64,000 nt of DNA from Epiperipatus broadwayi (taxonomy: Eukaryota; Animalia; Onychophora). This document shows positions 24,101-35,459 of this stretch, piece after piece; the first letter of the stretch is position 1, and each line of letters opens with the position of its first letter. Where the stretch lies: NCBI GenBank assembly GCA_028023455.1, contig JAQFVV010000002.1, positions 32,674,001 to 32,738,000 on the forward strand. The letters are read 5' to 3'. The notes under the pieces are model-generated. The model was not told where the DNA came from, did no database searches, and worked only from the letters and a program-made list of their open reading frames with translations. The position numbers were made by a program, and so were the translations under genes.

Positions 24101-26120
24101 ACATAAAAATAATTATGATGCTCAAACAACTACATCCCTGGAGTTTATACCTAGTGAGTAAAACAATGCACATCAGCGTTCTACAAAAAAGTTAAAGAAC
24201 TCCACGTTCTCTAATAACACATATTAAGTTCTGAAATTAAAACCTCATCTCTGAACTTGGGGGAAATAATGATATGTATGTGTATGTTTAAATATACATA
24301 CATATATAGATATAATTGTGAAAACTTATAGAGAGAAAAGTAATAAGTTAAAAATATTACAGAACTTGAAAAGATTTATTCTTTTAAAGTAAAAATTAAA
24401 AATTATAGTCTTTAGATTAGAAAAAGATTAATTTCTAAAATGAATAATAGACTAATTAATAAGTAGAATGTCATTATTCAAATGAAACAAATTAAGGAAT
24501 TCGATTTAGATTCCCTTTTAAGATAATGACAATCTACAAATAATTGATTAATTAAAAAGGCACAAAGATAATACTGAAATTCTGATGGAACATGGAAAGG
24601 AACAATCACCTGATCAGATGGGCAGAGGACTAACCAATCATTTTCAGGGATTCAGAGACAATGAACTCCATTTTTGAAGAAGAGAGTCTTTTAATCCTTG
24701 GAGCTTCATCTGTGCACATGGACATATGTTGGAGCAGATCGTCTCCCATGGCACAGTGACTTCAATTTTGGAGAGCTAATCTCCGAACATGGGAACAGTC
24801 ACCCAGGACATTTAAAGGTCGTATTGATCTTAATTATTATTTGTATCTGCCTTCAGGCTTTATAATGTAAATGATTATATATATGTAAATAATTAAATGC
24901 TATTAAGGATTGTAAGGAAAGAATTACATAAATATTAACTGTTAGTATTGATTTGTACTCGTGGGAAATATACTATTAAATCAGCTAGACATAGCAGAAA
25001 AAATAAAAAAGGAGTACTATTAAAATCTACTCCCCCCCCCTCCCTATTCATATGCATAATGTATTTGTATATATTTTTTAAAGTTTTGCTCAAACATTGA
25101 GTTTGTTTAGGTAGTTATCAGATATATATAAATAAGTCTTTAATTCGTGAGTTACATATTTTATCTCCCCCCCCCTAAAGTTTAAATCACTGTGTGAAAT
25201 ATCCTTAGACTCATGCATGACATTAATCTATACATGTACATATACACACATACTATAATGTGAGATACGGTAGCAATTTTTTGTTACGGGAGTAACAGTA
25301 CAAAACAACAATGGATGATAATTAAATTGTTGCATCAGGAGTCTTATTTGAATCAATTAAATCTATTTCCTAGCAGATCACATAGCATAGATCAATGGTT
25401 CTCAATCTTTGTAGAATTGTGGAACACATTTCACTTATCAAACTGTTTTTTCTGCTTATGTTGCATTTCCCAAAGTCGTTTAAAGTAATATTTGTTCTTA
25501 GATGACAGATGTTCAGGCAAATGTCACTTTAATTTAGCAGGAACTATTGCACTATTCGAAAGCTTATCGCTGCATACAAGGCATAATGGAATTGGATAAT
25601 TTTTATCACCCATCCAAGTAAATTCAAAATTTAAATATTCTTCTTCATATAGGCAATTAACTTTTCATTATTTGGATTTACTCTTAGTGTTTTCAACAAG
25701 ATCAACTGTACCGTTTTTACTAGTATTAGCAACAGTATCTTCCGTACATTTATTTTCAAGATTTTCTTCACAGTAACATTATCTCATTATAAATTTATCC
25801 ATTATGTGGACAAAGTACTTATTAAATTGATTTATTGTGCTACAAATGCAACATCCCAATAAAACACTACAATTATTTATTTTAAAATAAATGTTTACCT
25901 GATATCTAAATAATATACAAATTACACGGCAAGTGGGTGAGCAGTTCATTTATAGATATTACATTTTGACCATTTGAAAATAACAGACAATATAAATTCA
26001 GGTCATTCAAACAACAACATATGTGCATGACTCCAGGTTACACAGGCAGCCACAGCATATAAATACTGCCAGTCACACAAAAAATGCATGGCTACAATAA
26101 TACAGAGCTATCTGTTATTA

Positions 26121-26228
26121 AACAAGGCAAAACTCTCCATACAGTAGTGCCACCAGAGTAATCAATGGATGCCAGAAGGCATCCATTATTCCCAGACTAG
26201 TATAAGAGATGGTGATCATATGATGTTT
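26121..26228 (+). mobile_element. Scrambled HH-A retrocopy with 17-bp TSD
   Basis: AGAGCTATCTGTTATTA at 26104-26120 and 26229-26245; insert = inverted fragment, micro-fragments and sense tail. Confidence 0.88.
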
Positions 26229-28160
26229 AGAGCTATCTGTTATTATTTCTACAATTTCTTTTTCGTGGAACACATGGAGTGTGTTTATGGAATACCAGTG
26301 TGTTATAAAACATGCTTTGAGAACCAATTGACATAGATCTGTAGGCATTTCTAAGATATACTTTAAAAAAAGTTTAACTTATACATCTGCTTATTTTTAA
26401 TCTAGACTTTCATGTTTCTTTTTTATTTTTCTCCATCTTATTTTTATCCTGTTCATAATAATATTGCAATGTTACTTTAAATATTTTTTTATTTGTATTT
26501 CTTTCTTTGAGTTTATAAAATATTATTAAGGGCCCCTGTGCAGTATTCCTTGGTTGTAATAATCTTATAAATAGCTAGAGTTCTGGTTTTTTATTCCGTT
26601 TTAAAAAATGTATTCATTTAATATTTATAAGAAAAATAAATATTTAAAATTATAAAAAATCTACCAATGTGCAATTCACAAAAAATTTCACAGTACATAT
26701 TTGTCTGTGGCAGTTTCTTTATTATTAAGTTTTCCTGAGTATTGTTTGTTGTTTTTTTTTTCATTTCAATTTTAAAAAGAAAATTGGATTAACATCTCTG
26801 TAACCTCATGTGAAAAGCAGTGTTCCACTAGATAAAGGCTGCAATAATATTAGCATCTATATTCCAGTATTTTAAATTGTTGCAAGTTTACAAATAACTA
26901 CGTTTCTTTACTCAGCGAATTTTGAATTAACATGTGATACAGAAATATTTTTCCACTTCAAATTATCATCATGGTCTATTTCTTTCAAATTAGGAGCAAT
27001 AACAATTCATCAAAATTAAAGTGTATTGCTACTTTTAAAATTTCTCTAAACATATTCATATTTAGTTCAAAGTGTAGAATTAGAGTTAATGGAGAAACTT
27101 TTAATTAATACGTTTATATGTAGATAATTTTTTTGATTCTACTGTTTTTTATCTTCATATCAGTGTGTATACTTTTGATTTTAATGAAGTAGATTTTTAT
27201 CTTCAGTGGTAACCAGCTGATGTTTTTGTATTTTATCAGCCGACTTGGTTTTTAAATCTTTAATACGAGTGCCCAAACCCAAAAAACTTATTTGGATTGA
27301 TTGGATTTCAAAAAAATCACAACAATCATCGGTTCCATCAATAACAACAACATTTTTATTTTCAAACAACAAAAAAACAAAAAAAAAAAATCTCACTTGT
27401 AAGTGAAATCAAATATAAAAGAATAATAACACTGTAAGAACAAAAATGTCTTTTGAAATTACCAGTTGTGTACACCCATCTCATCAAGAATGTGAAATTT
27501 GGTGTGAATCTGCCACTTCGCGCTATGAAAAAAGTCTTTCCATATTTCTAGCAGCTTCCAAGGTGCATAGGGAAGTGTGCTGACAGGGTCATAATTATTA
27601 CTACGCAATACTACTACAGTTGGTGTGCGAGACAATGATTTTGAAAAGAGATTTCAACACTTGTGTGAAATTGAACAACAGAACTCTCATATCAAATGGT
27701 AACAAACTATCATTACTGAACATACGCATAAAGCGTGGCCACACATAGCTAGGTATATGATTTCTGTACTTTTGCATAGACAACAACATCATAATGTGGA
27801 CTATAAATGGCTATTACGAAGGTAGTGTTGTAGTAGCCATAGTTTTGGCTGCATAAATGGCATATTTTTGTGTTTTTGCACAGAAACAGCACCATCAAGC
27901 GATGTACGGCTGCTAGTAGACAAGTACCTTAATTTTCAGTTCATGTGTATATACATATAGCAAGTGTGTGAAAACACATCATGCATATACATTAATGTTT
28001 GTATAAATTGCTTATTTAATACTCGACCTAAATAATATTTATGGACACACACACATAAAAAGGTTGACTCATTCATATTAACAGCATTTGGAAAGTTGGT
28101 CATTCCAGTGCTTAAATATACAGTAGTTTGAAATATTATATTATGTATATGTATAAAATA

Positions 28161-28411
28161 ATGCAGAGACTTCAGACCATTCAACGATGTATGGAGAGAT
28201 GTATGTTAGGACTAACAAAAAGAGATCGAAAATAAAATACATGGGTGAGAGAACAAATAGAATGTTATGATATCATTGAAAGAATTAAGAGATTGAAGTG
28301 GAGTTGGGCTAGACATCTTTCTAGAAGAGATGATAGTAGAAGCACAGTTGAAATCTTAAATGGGATTCCAAGAGATTATAAAAGACCTAGAAAGAGACCA
28401 CATGTGAGATG
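28161..28411 (+). mobile_element. RTE LINE fragment lacking the 3' tail
   Basis: Homologous to 62240-62485. Confidence 0.85.
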
Positions 28412-28881
28412 TTAATATAAAAGTAGTACCTTAATCAATAGTATCCAAACAATGAATCTGATTCATGCATGATTAAATAATTCATAAAAAACATATAATA
28501 CATCTTATAACTTCTTTTTAAAAACAGTTTCTATACAGAGTTGATCAAATTACATATTTATTAAGTGCTTTTATTTAAGTTAGAAATTCTGTGTGGTTGC
28601 TTTGTTTGTTTAGAATAAATTTCGAAATCAAAAATGAGGGTAGTTATTTCAAATGGATTTCCTTTAAATTTTTTATGTGTTGTAAATCATTGGCAATACA
28701 ATATGATAATGAAATATTTCAGGATGATATCCTCATTTGGTTATTGTAGAGGTGTTAGTAGACCAAATTGCAAATATGCTGATATTGGTTTAGTAAATTT
28801 TCAGAGATGTGTGTGAGAAGATGATATATATTTAAAAAAAGTTAAAAAATGTTAATAATCCATTAAAATAGAAATAAAAAC

Positions 28882-29720
28882 AAATCTTAGTGTTTTCCTG
28901 AAGGTTTGTGATGATGGTGTTTTAGTTGTATTTATATATTGAACTATTTCCATCATCTAATGTTAGAAAAATGTAACATGCAGGTTAGTATTTGCAGAAG
29001 GTTTCAAGAGGTATTATTCTCCCCTCTTAAGATGTTGCTGGCCTGACCAGTGACAGTATTAGTATGGGAATTGAACCTGGACCCTTTGATTCCTGAGTAT
29101 TGAATTTTGAGGTAATGCTGTAACTAACTGAGCTATCCTGCCAAAGGCAACAGTTAGTAGAAATTTCATATACCTATCTATGAGATTCCAACTGATTTCT
29201 CCACTTTTTCCTTAAGAGCAAAGTTGATTAGTGGTTTCTGTATATTATATATAGTCACACTAGGTTGACTTATGGGATTGTTTGCCACTGTCATGTGAGC
29301 AGCTTGTTTAAATTTTTTTCTTTGTACCTTTTCTTCTCTATCCAACTTTTTGTATTATTCCAATTGAACATATGTTCACTGGTACATACATGGTCTGCTA
29401 CCTTAGATACATCTGCTTTTTCTCTTCTAATCATCAGTTTGTATTCTTGCAAATGCTTTTCAATGGAATGACAGGTTTCACCAATATATGTTTTTCCACA
29501 TTCACATGGTATTTCATAGGTGCAGTTTTTTCTTTTCAGCATTTCAATTTTAAGCATTGTAGATGTTAGAATTCCTCATAGTGTGATATGGTTCTGGAAA
29601 GTTGTTATGATACACTGCAGTACCAATAGTTGTTTTTTTATGATTCTTTTGCTTGTCTATTTAAGGTTGATTGTAAAAGTTGTTTTATTTAAAATGGATG
29701 AATTTTTATTCTCTTGATTG
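28882..29720 (-). mobile_element. 3' part of a Penelope-like element: GIY-YIG remnant, tRNA-like segment, decayed HH-C hammerhead, tail
   Basis: Order on minus strand: ORF 29557-29291, A/B-box segment 29142-29055, hammerhead remnant 29037-28995, tail ACCATCATCACAAACCTTCAGG; homologous to 11932-12237. Confidence 0.8.
29291..29557 (-). pseudogene. PLE-type GIY-YIG endonuclease remnant
   Basis: NCTYEIPCECGKTYIGET...VADHVCTSEHMFNW matches the VY.IPC.CG..YIGET / H..DW signature. Confidence 0.85.
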
Positions 29721-29764
29721 TAAGAGTTGAAATTTTAAAAATGATTTTTTCATAACAAAATAAT

Positions 29765-29880
29765 GTTGACACAATTGGTAGAGTGCAGACTTGGGATCAG
29801 GAAGTCCCAAAATCGTTTCTGATATTCGCAGGTATGGTGCTTGAACTTCTTATGAACTCCTGAGCTATATAACTATATGC
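29765..29880 (+). mobile_element. SINE-F copy
   Basis: TTGGTAGAGTGCAGACTTGGGATCAGGAAGTCCC head and GCTTGAACTTCTTATGAACTCCTGAGC body. Confidence 0.55.
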
Positions 29881-30569
29881 CTTTTTAATGCACATGAATT
29901 GCTTTATAATCTGTTTTAAATTTTTGAATTGGAATAATTACAAAAAATATCCAAATACTAAAAAAATAAAATAATATTGGAATCATTTTTTTTTATATAA
30001 AAATAAACTTTATTAATAGCAAATTGTATACAATTATTAACATATATGTAAAAGAACAAATTTCAGTTAAATAACATTTTATATGCAACCTGAAAACATA
30101 GGCAATACAGCTGATGTTTCAAGACATATGTAGAATAATTCAAATTTGAAGAAAGTAATAGGTAGGTGGATGTATACTTTATTCACAGTTTATACACTTT
30201 ATGTCTAACTGTATAGAAGGATAAGCTTGCTTTGGATATTAATAACATTGTGAATTAATGCTGACATAATATACAATTCAAAAAAATATACTGCCAAATT
30301 TAGTTTATAGTTTTTGTAGGTAAGAATTTGAGAGCATTTAAATACATATTAAACTATTCTCTATTATTTTTTTTAAGAACTTAATATTTTTTGTTATCAA
30401 GTATTATAGTACAATGAGCAAGCCACATGGTTCCAGGAATTGTTTTTTAATGTGGATTTTCTTTAAAATATTATACAAACTGTGGCAGTGTTTATTTTAA
30501 TTAAAATTGGTATAATTATAAAAAAGATTTCAATACTAAAATGTTAAAAACAATATATATATATATATA

Positions 30570-31045
30570 TGTAACTAAAACTAATAAATATAATGGTAAT
30601 TAACTATTATATACAGTCTCAATCCGCAAAAGTACTTTCAGTTAATTCCTTAACCCTCCTCAACTGCCATTAAATTAAAAAATATATAATGGAAGCAGAT
30701 ATCATCAACCCAAATTCCATGAATCCCAAATTTTAACATTAGCAGCTTGTCTATTAATTATATTCATTTTATTTCTATTCATTAAAATTGCTTTCTTAAT
30801 TTTTCTTTTATTATGGTTTCTCTCTTCAAAATTAAGGAAGCAATTTTAATAAATAGAAATAAAATAAATATAATTAATAGACAAGCTGCTAACATTAAAA
30901 TTCAGGATTCATAGGATTTGAGTTGTTTTTTTGAATTTAATAACAGTGGAGACAGGTTATGGAATTAACCAAAAAGTACTTCTGCAGATTGAAAGACTGT
31001 ATGTAATAGTTTATCACTGTTATATGTATTAGTTTTATTATTATT
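30570..31045. repeat. Long foldback palindrome, ~24-bp central spacer
   Basis: AGCAGCTTGTCTATTAATTATATT..AAAATTGCTTTCTTAATTTT mirrored by AAAATTAAGGAAGCAATTTT..AATTAATAGACAAGCTGCT. Confidence 0.85.
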
Positions 31046-31094
31046 ACAATTAGTTTTTTAATTAATGGACATTTTATTTGTATTATACATCTAT

Positions 31095-31390
31095 ATAAAA
31101 AGTATTTTATAATAAATACATTTATTTATTGTGCATTAAAAAGCCAAAAAAAAATTTTTTTTTAATTCAACAATAGAGTTTTTATATTTAACTTGAATTA
31201 AAGAATGAAGTGTCCAGAAATTAATTAATTCAATTTCTAATTTTTACTAGTCTTTGAATTAATTAATTTCTAGACAGTCTGTGTTTTTATTTAAAATCAA
31301 ATAAAAAAACAGTTGTGATTGAAAAAAAAAATTTTTATTTTTTTTAGTGCACAGTAAATAAAAGCTTTTGTTATAAAATATTTTTTATAC
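31095..31390. repeat. Second foldback palindrome adjacent to the first
   Basis: TGTCCAGAAATTAATTAATTCAA / TTGAATTAATTAATTTCTAGACA centre; outer TGTGCATTAAAAA / TTTTTAGTGCACA. Confidence 0.75.
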
Positions 31391-32764
31391 ATAATTTTTT
31401 TCACTAAAAATAAGAGGAAAATATATTTATGAAGAACAAAAAATTTATTTTCTTTTGAGATTTTTTTTACACAAGTAATGGTCTTGATTTCAGGTCTTTA
31501 ATTTGCATGGCTCATTTACTTTTGAAGTAGTGGTCATTTTTCTGCTTTAGATCAGTTTTCTACCACTATGATATTGAAAGCCTACAGAAATTATTATATA
31601 AAAAAGTTTCACCACAACACATCAGCATGTTATTAATTATAAAATAAAGGTGAAACAAAATAGTTATTACACTGTCTTAATTGTTGTTAATGTAGTTTTT
31701 TTTTAAATAAAGTGATAAAACTGATGAACTAACAATTATTAATTTATTAAATTAAAAAAAATCTGAAGGGATCAGGTTTTTTTCCAGGGAATGCAGTAAA
31801 TATCAAAATTCTTTAGCTTATTTTTTTTTACAAAAAAAGTACAAACACCAAAGTGTTGATGATTTTAGTTTATTGTAATGTGGTTTCCACAGCATTTGTG
31901 AGATTATATTAAGGATATTTTTGGAATTTAAAAAAATATTATTTTTTTGCTAGTTTATTAAATATTTTTGATTATTTTTATACAATACTTAGATAATAAT
32001 TATGTAAAACCAAAAGAATACATGTTTGTACTTTGATTTTATTCATATATGTTTTAACATAATTTTAAACCACAATGTAAGATGGACACAGATTTGTGAA
32101 ACATTACATCATTAGTGTCAGAATTGATAATGTATTAGAATCTTTTGAGATATTCTAAAAAGTATAAAACAGTTTTAAGATTTTAAAGTATAAATTTATA
32201 GCTTTATTAGACATTATCATTTTAAAAGTAAATTTAAAATAAAAAAGATTTTGTTAATTTTCTGAAAATTGTTTTCCTTCTGATCATTGAATAACATTTT
32301 TATGTCTTGTTTTATTATAGTTCATATTTTAAATAATTGTAAAGTTCAAATATGATTTTTTAGAATGTTTTTCATGTGTAAAGTTAAATTAAAAAGAAAT
32401 TGAGTTCAATTTATTGAATTTTTGTTATAAGAAATGAAAGGTTGAGAAGTGATAAAATTGTCACCAGGTTTAAGTTTGAAATGGAGGTTCTTTAACCATA
32501 CTGGGGGGAGTTATCTTTTCAAGGTTTTGAAGGTCTAATAAAGTTGCCACTTGAGTTACTTAAGAGACGGTTAATTTATATATTGTTTATTAACTTTTCT
32601 CTTCATGAAAGCAGGCAACACTCTGGAAATTGGACAAATTGTTTCTGAGTCATGTTAACACATTCTTCAATAATAGAAGCAACAAATCACATTTCATTTT
32701 ATGCTAGGTTTGGAGAATGCTACATATATGGAAGATGATGGCAGATATATGTTATATAAATAAT

Positions 32765-33345
32765 GGCAGATACATGTTATAGTAGTTAAAATAAGAGTCA
32801 TAGATCACATGACTGTATTCTCTTAAGCTTGTAAGTTATAAACAATGAGGATTGCCAATTTCCTCAACAAGCTTTATGATAAATGCTTAGCTAGAGAAAG
32901 CATTTGAAATATCTCTGTCAGGAACCCTTCCCCAAACCCCTGACCATGGTTTCGTGCTTTGGCACTCCTCAGAGAGGTGCCAGGGTAGGTTCAGACACTA
33001 AATCTAAAAATACCAACCCAAAGCCAGCATTTAACTAAAAGTTATCTATTGAGTCGAAAATCTGAAATTTTCAGACACCTACATGTCTTCAAACCCAGCT
33101 ATTCAACTCAAATAGCTATATGGGGCTGAGAGATCTTCAGCCATACCATATATTAATAATCTTAGCAATATAACATTGCATAAGACTTAAGGCAGAGACT
33201 ATAAATAGTCAAAATAAGAGTCGTAGATCACATGACCTTATCTCTTAAGCTTGTAAGTTATAAACAATGAGGATTGCCAATTTCCTCAACAAGCTTTGTG
33301 ATAAATGCTTAGCTAGAGAAAACATTTGAAATATCTCTGTCAGGA
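32765..33345 (-). mobile_element. HH-B: more than one unit of a ~422-nt hammerhead-bearing repeat (retrozyme/PLE terminal-repeat-like)
   Basis: Near-identical direct repeats 32788-32923 and 33211-33345 bracket the hammerhead. Confidence 0.85.
32937..32977 (-). ncRNA. Intact canonical type I hammerhead ribozyme
   Basis: CCUCU-CUGAGGA-GUGC[CAAA]GCAC-GAAA-CCAUGG-UC^AGGGG; stems I and II fully paired, GUC triplet, palindromic ACCAUGGU. Confidence 0.92.
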
Positions 33346-33430
33346 TATTTGGATATGTTGATCAAGCTAGAATCACAAATTTGGTTTACTATCTTTACAG
33401 TGGGAATATACTAATAAGTATTTTCTGCAC

Positions 33431-34146
33431 TAAACATCATGATCACCATTTCTTATGTTTACATAACTTAAAACAATAGCAAACTCTCCATACAGTAGTG
33501 TCATCCAGTACAAGTCAGTGATCAATGGATGCAAGAAGATTTGTACCTAAAATCTTTATCTAGTTCCTACTCATATAATATCCCAAGACTAGTTTCTAGT
33601 TTGTGGCTTTCACCAGTGAGGAGCCCTGGATTTGAGAGCACTGTACCTAGATATTGGGATCCAATGCAATCAAAAATACCAAAATGAATAGCTACTGAAC
33701 TGGGTTCAGATCTATATTACTATACAAGCAAATGAACTTGGATTGGAAACATCATGTTTTTCTATTAGATTCATAGCTTTATAGTTAACTAAAAAGATAA
33801 AATGTACTTGTTGGAGGGTGATCCTAAGATCTAGGGGCAGTACTTTCAGACCCAAGCCTCCTCACTAATGAAAGACACCAAAATATCATATGGCCACAAT
33901 TTCATGTGCTCACACATCCTGTTAATAACAGTACCAAACTCTTCATACAGCAGTGCCACCAAGTGCAAGCTTTTGTAAATCAATGTATTCACCTTACTGA
34001 TGAAAGCCACAAGCTAGAAACTAGTTTGCAGATATTGGATGATTAGGCACTAAATAGAGATTTTATGCACAAACCTTTTTGCTTCCATTGATTACTATGG
34101 CTTGCATTGAGTGGCACTACTGTATGGAGAGTTTCTCACTGTGTTA
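33431..34146. mobile_element. Large HH-A inverted composite with three hammerhead motifs
   Basis: Motifs at 33582-33622 (-, CUGGUGA), ~33865 (+, CUAAUGA, truncated) and 33992-34030 (+, CUGAUGA..GUU); diverged TSD AGTATTTTCTGCAC (33417-33430) / AATACTTTCCGCAC (34147-34160). Confidence 0.82.
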
Positions 34147-34592
34147 AATACTTTCCGCACCGATAGATAACTTTTTAGCTATACTGATAGTTGTGATTTA
34201 CCATGGAAAATGTCAATATAAGTTGCTGAAACTGTTCTCTTTTTATCTGATTTCTTTTTTAGTACTTTGGAATTTGCATATAGTTGCTAATAACTCATCT
34301 CCCATGATCTAAGAAGAACTAATCTAATTTGATGTGTGTTTTTTATATTTGCATTGCTCTTTATAGCTTTCTCAAACTCTGCATTTCATGTTTATAAAAC
34401 TCACATTTATTCAACTACCTTCTTTTTGTATCGTTTAAAAACATATTGAAAGCTTTTAGTCTGTTGTTCAAATTTTAATTATTTATTGGCTTTTTTTAAA
34501 AAAAGCAAAAGCTATTTTACTAATTAAAGTTTTTCAGTACATATACTTTTAAATTTTATTCATATTACTATATATATACGAGCTTGTAATTA

Positions 34593-34697
34593 TTTTTTTT
34601 TCTCATGTGTCATAGCATCAGTTGAGAAGCGAACCCGCTAACCCGGAACAACTGCTTGTAAAGCAACTGTTGCTGACCTCTCGACCACCAATGCTTG
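34593..34697 (-). mobile_element. tRNA-Gly-derived SINE
   Basis: Reverse complement of the 1831 family. Confidence 0.8.
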
Positions 34698-35013
34698 TAA
34701 TAAATTGCAATGAATAAAGTTTTCTAATTAATTTTTACTATAAATTACTATTATTTTTAGCGGTCAAAATCTTTAATGATATATGTTTGATATTTACATT
34801 TTCAGATACACAAAATTCTTGATTGCAACTAAAGATGTCTGTGTTCATGAAAATTGCCCCCCTCCCAATCATTTTAATAAATGCACGTTATTTTAATTTC
34901 CCCAAAATAGATATGTTTGGGAACACATATTTTACATTACATCTTTATCTCAGATAATGAGATCAATTGGTTTCCCAAAATGCCTGTAAATCAAAATAAT
35001 AAGTAATTATAAG

Positions 35014-35304
35014 GATTTGCCTGAAGGTTTGTGAAGATGGTATATTAGTTGTGGTAATATGTCGGACTATTTTCATAATCTATCATTAAATGTTGAATGC
35101 ATTGAAAATTTTAAACCTTATTTAAACTTTTCATATACAAATAACTTGTTAGTAATAACATACAAATACTACTCCATGTTGTCTATTAGTGTATTATTAC
35201 TAATAAGTTGTTTGTATTTGAAACATTTAAATAAAATTTAAATTTTTTTATACATTCAATATTTATTGATAGATGATGGAAATAATCCAACATATATATT
35301 ATCA
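35014..35304. mobile_element. HH-C inverted retrocopy lacking head and hammerhead
   Basis: Both arms match the distal HH-C body; tail on one side only; possible TSD AATTATAAG at 35005-35013 and 35305-35313. Confidence 0.75.
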
Positions 35305-35459
35305 AATTATAAGAAGTGTCTATGGGAAGAAAATTAATTTATTACTTTAAATTCAAAATATATAAAAGCCCAATTAAAAAAAAAATTAAAATGAAAAAAG
35401 AGTTAACTAATGTATGTACATTTTACTATGCATATTATTAAAATAAAATACTAGTTTCT

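Larger units (their letters stand above)
21750..24996 (+). mobile_element. Internally deleted Ty3/Gypsy LTR retrotransposon
   Basis: LTRs 21750-22473 and 24270-24996 (TG...CA), TSD GAAAA at 21745-21749 and 24997-25001, PBS-like TGGCACAGTC at 22476, PPT GGGGGAAA at 24259. Confidence 0.92.
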
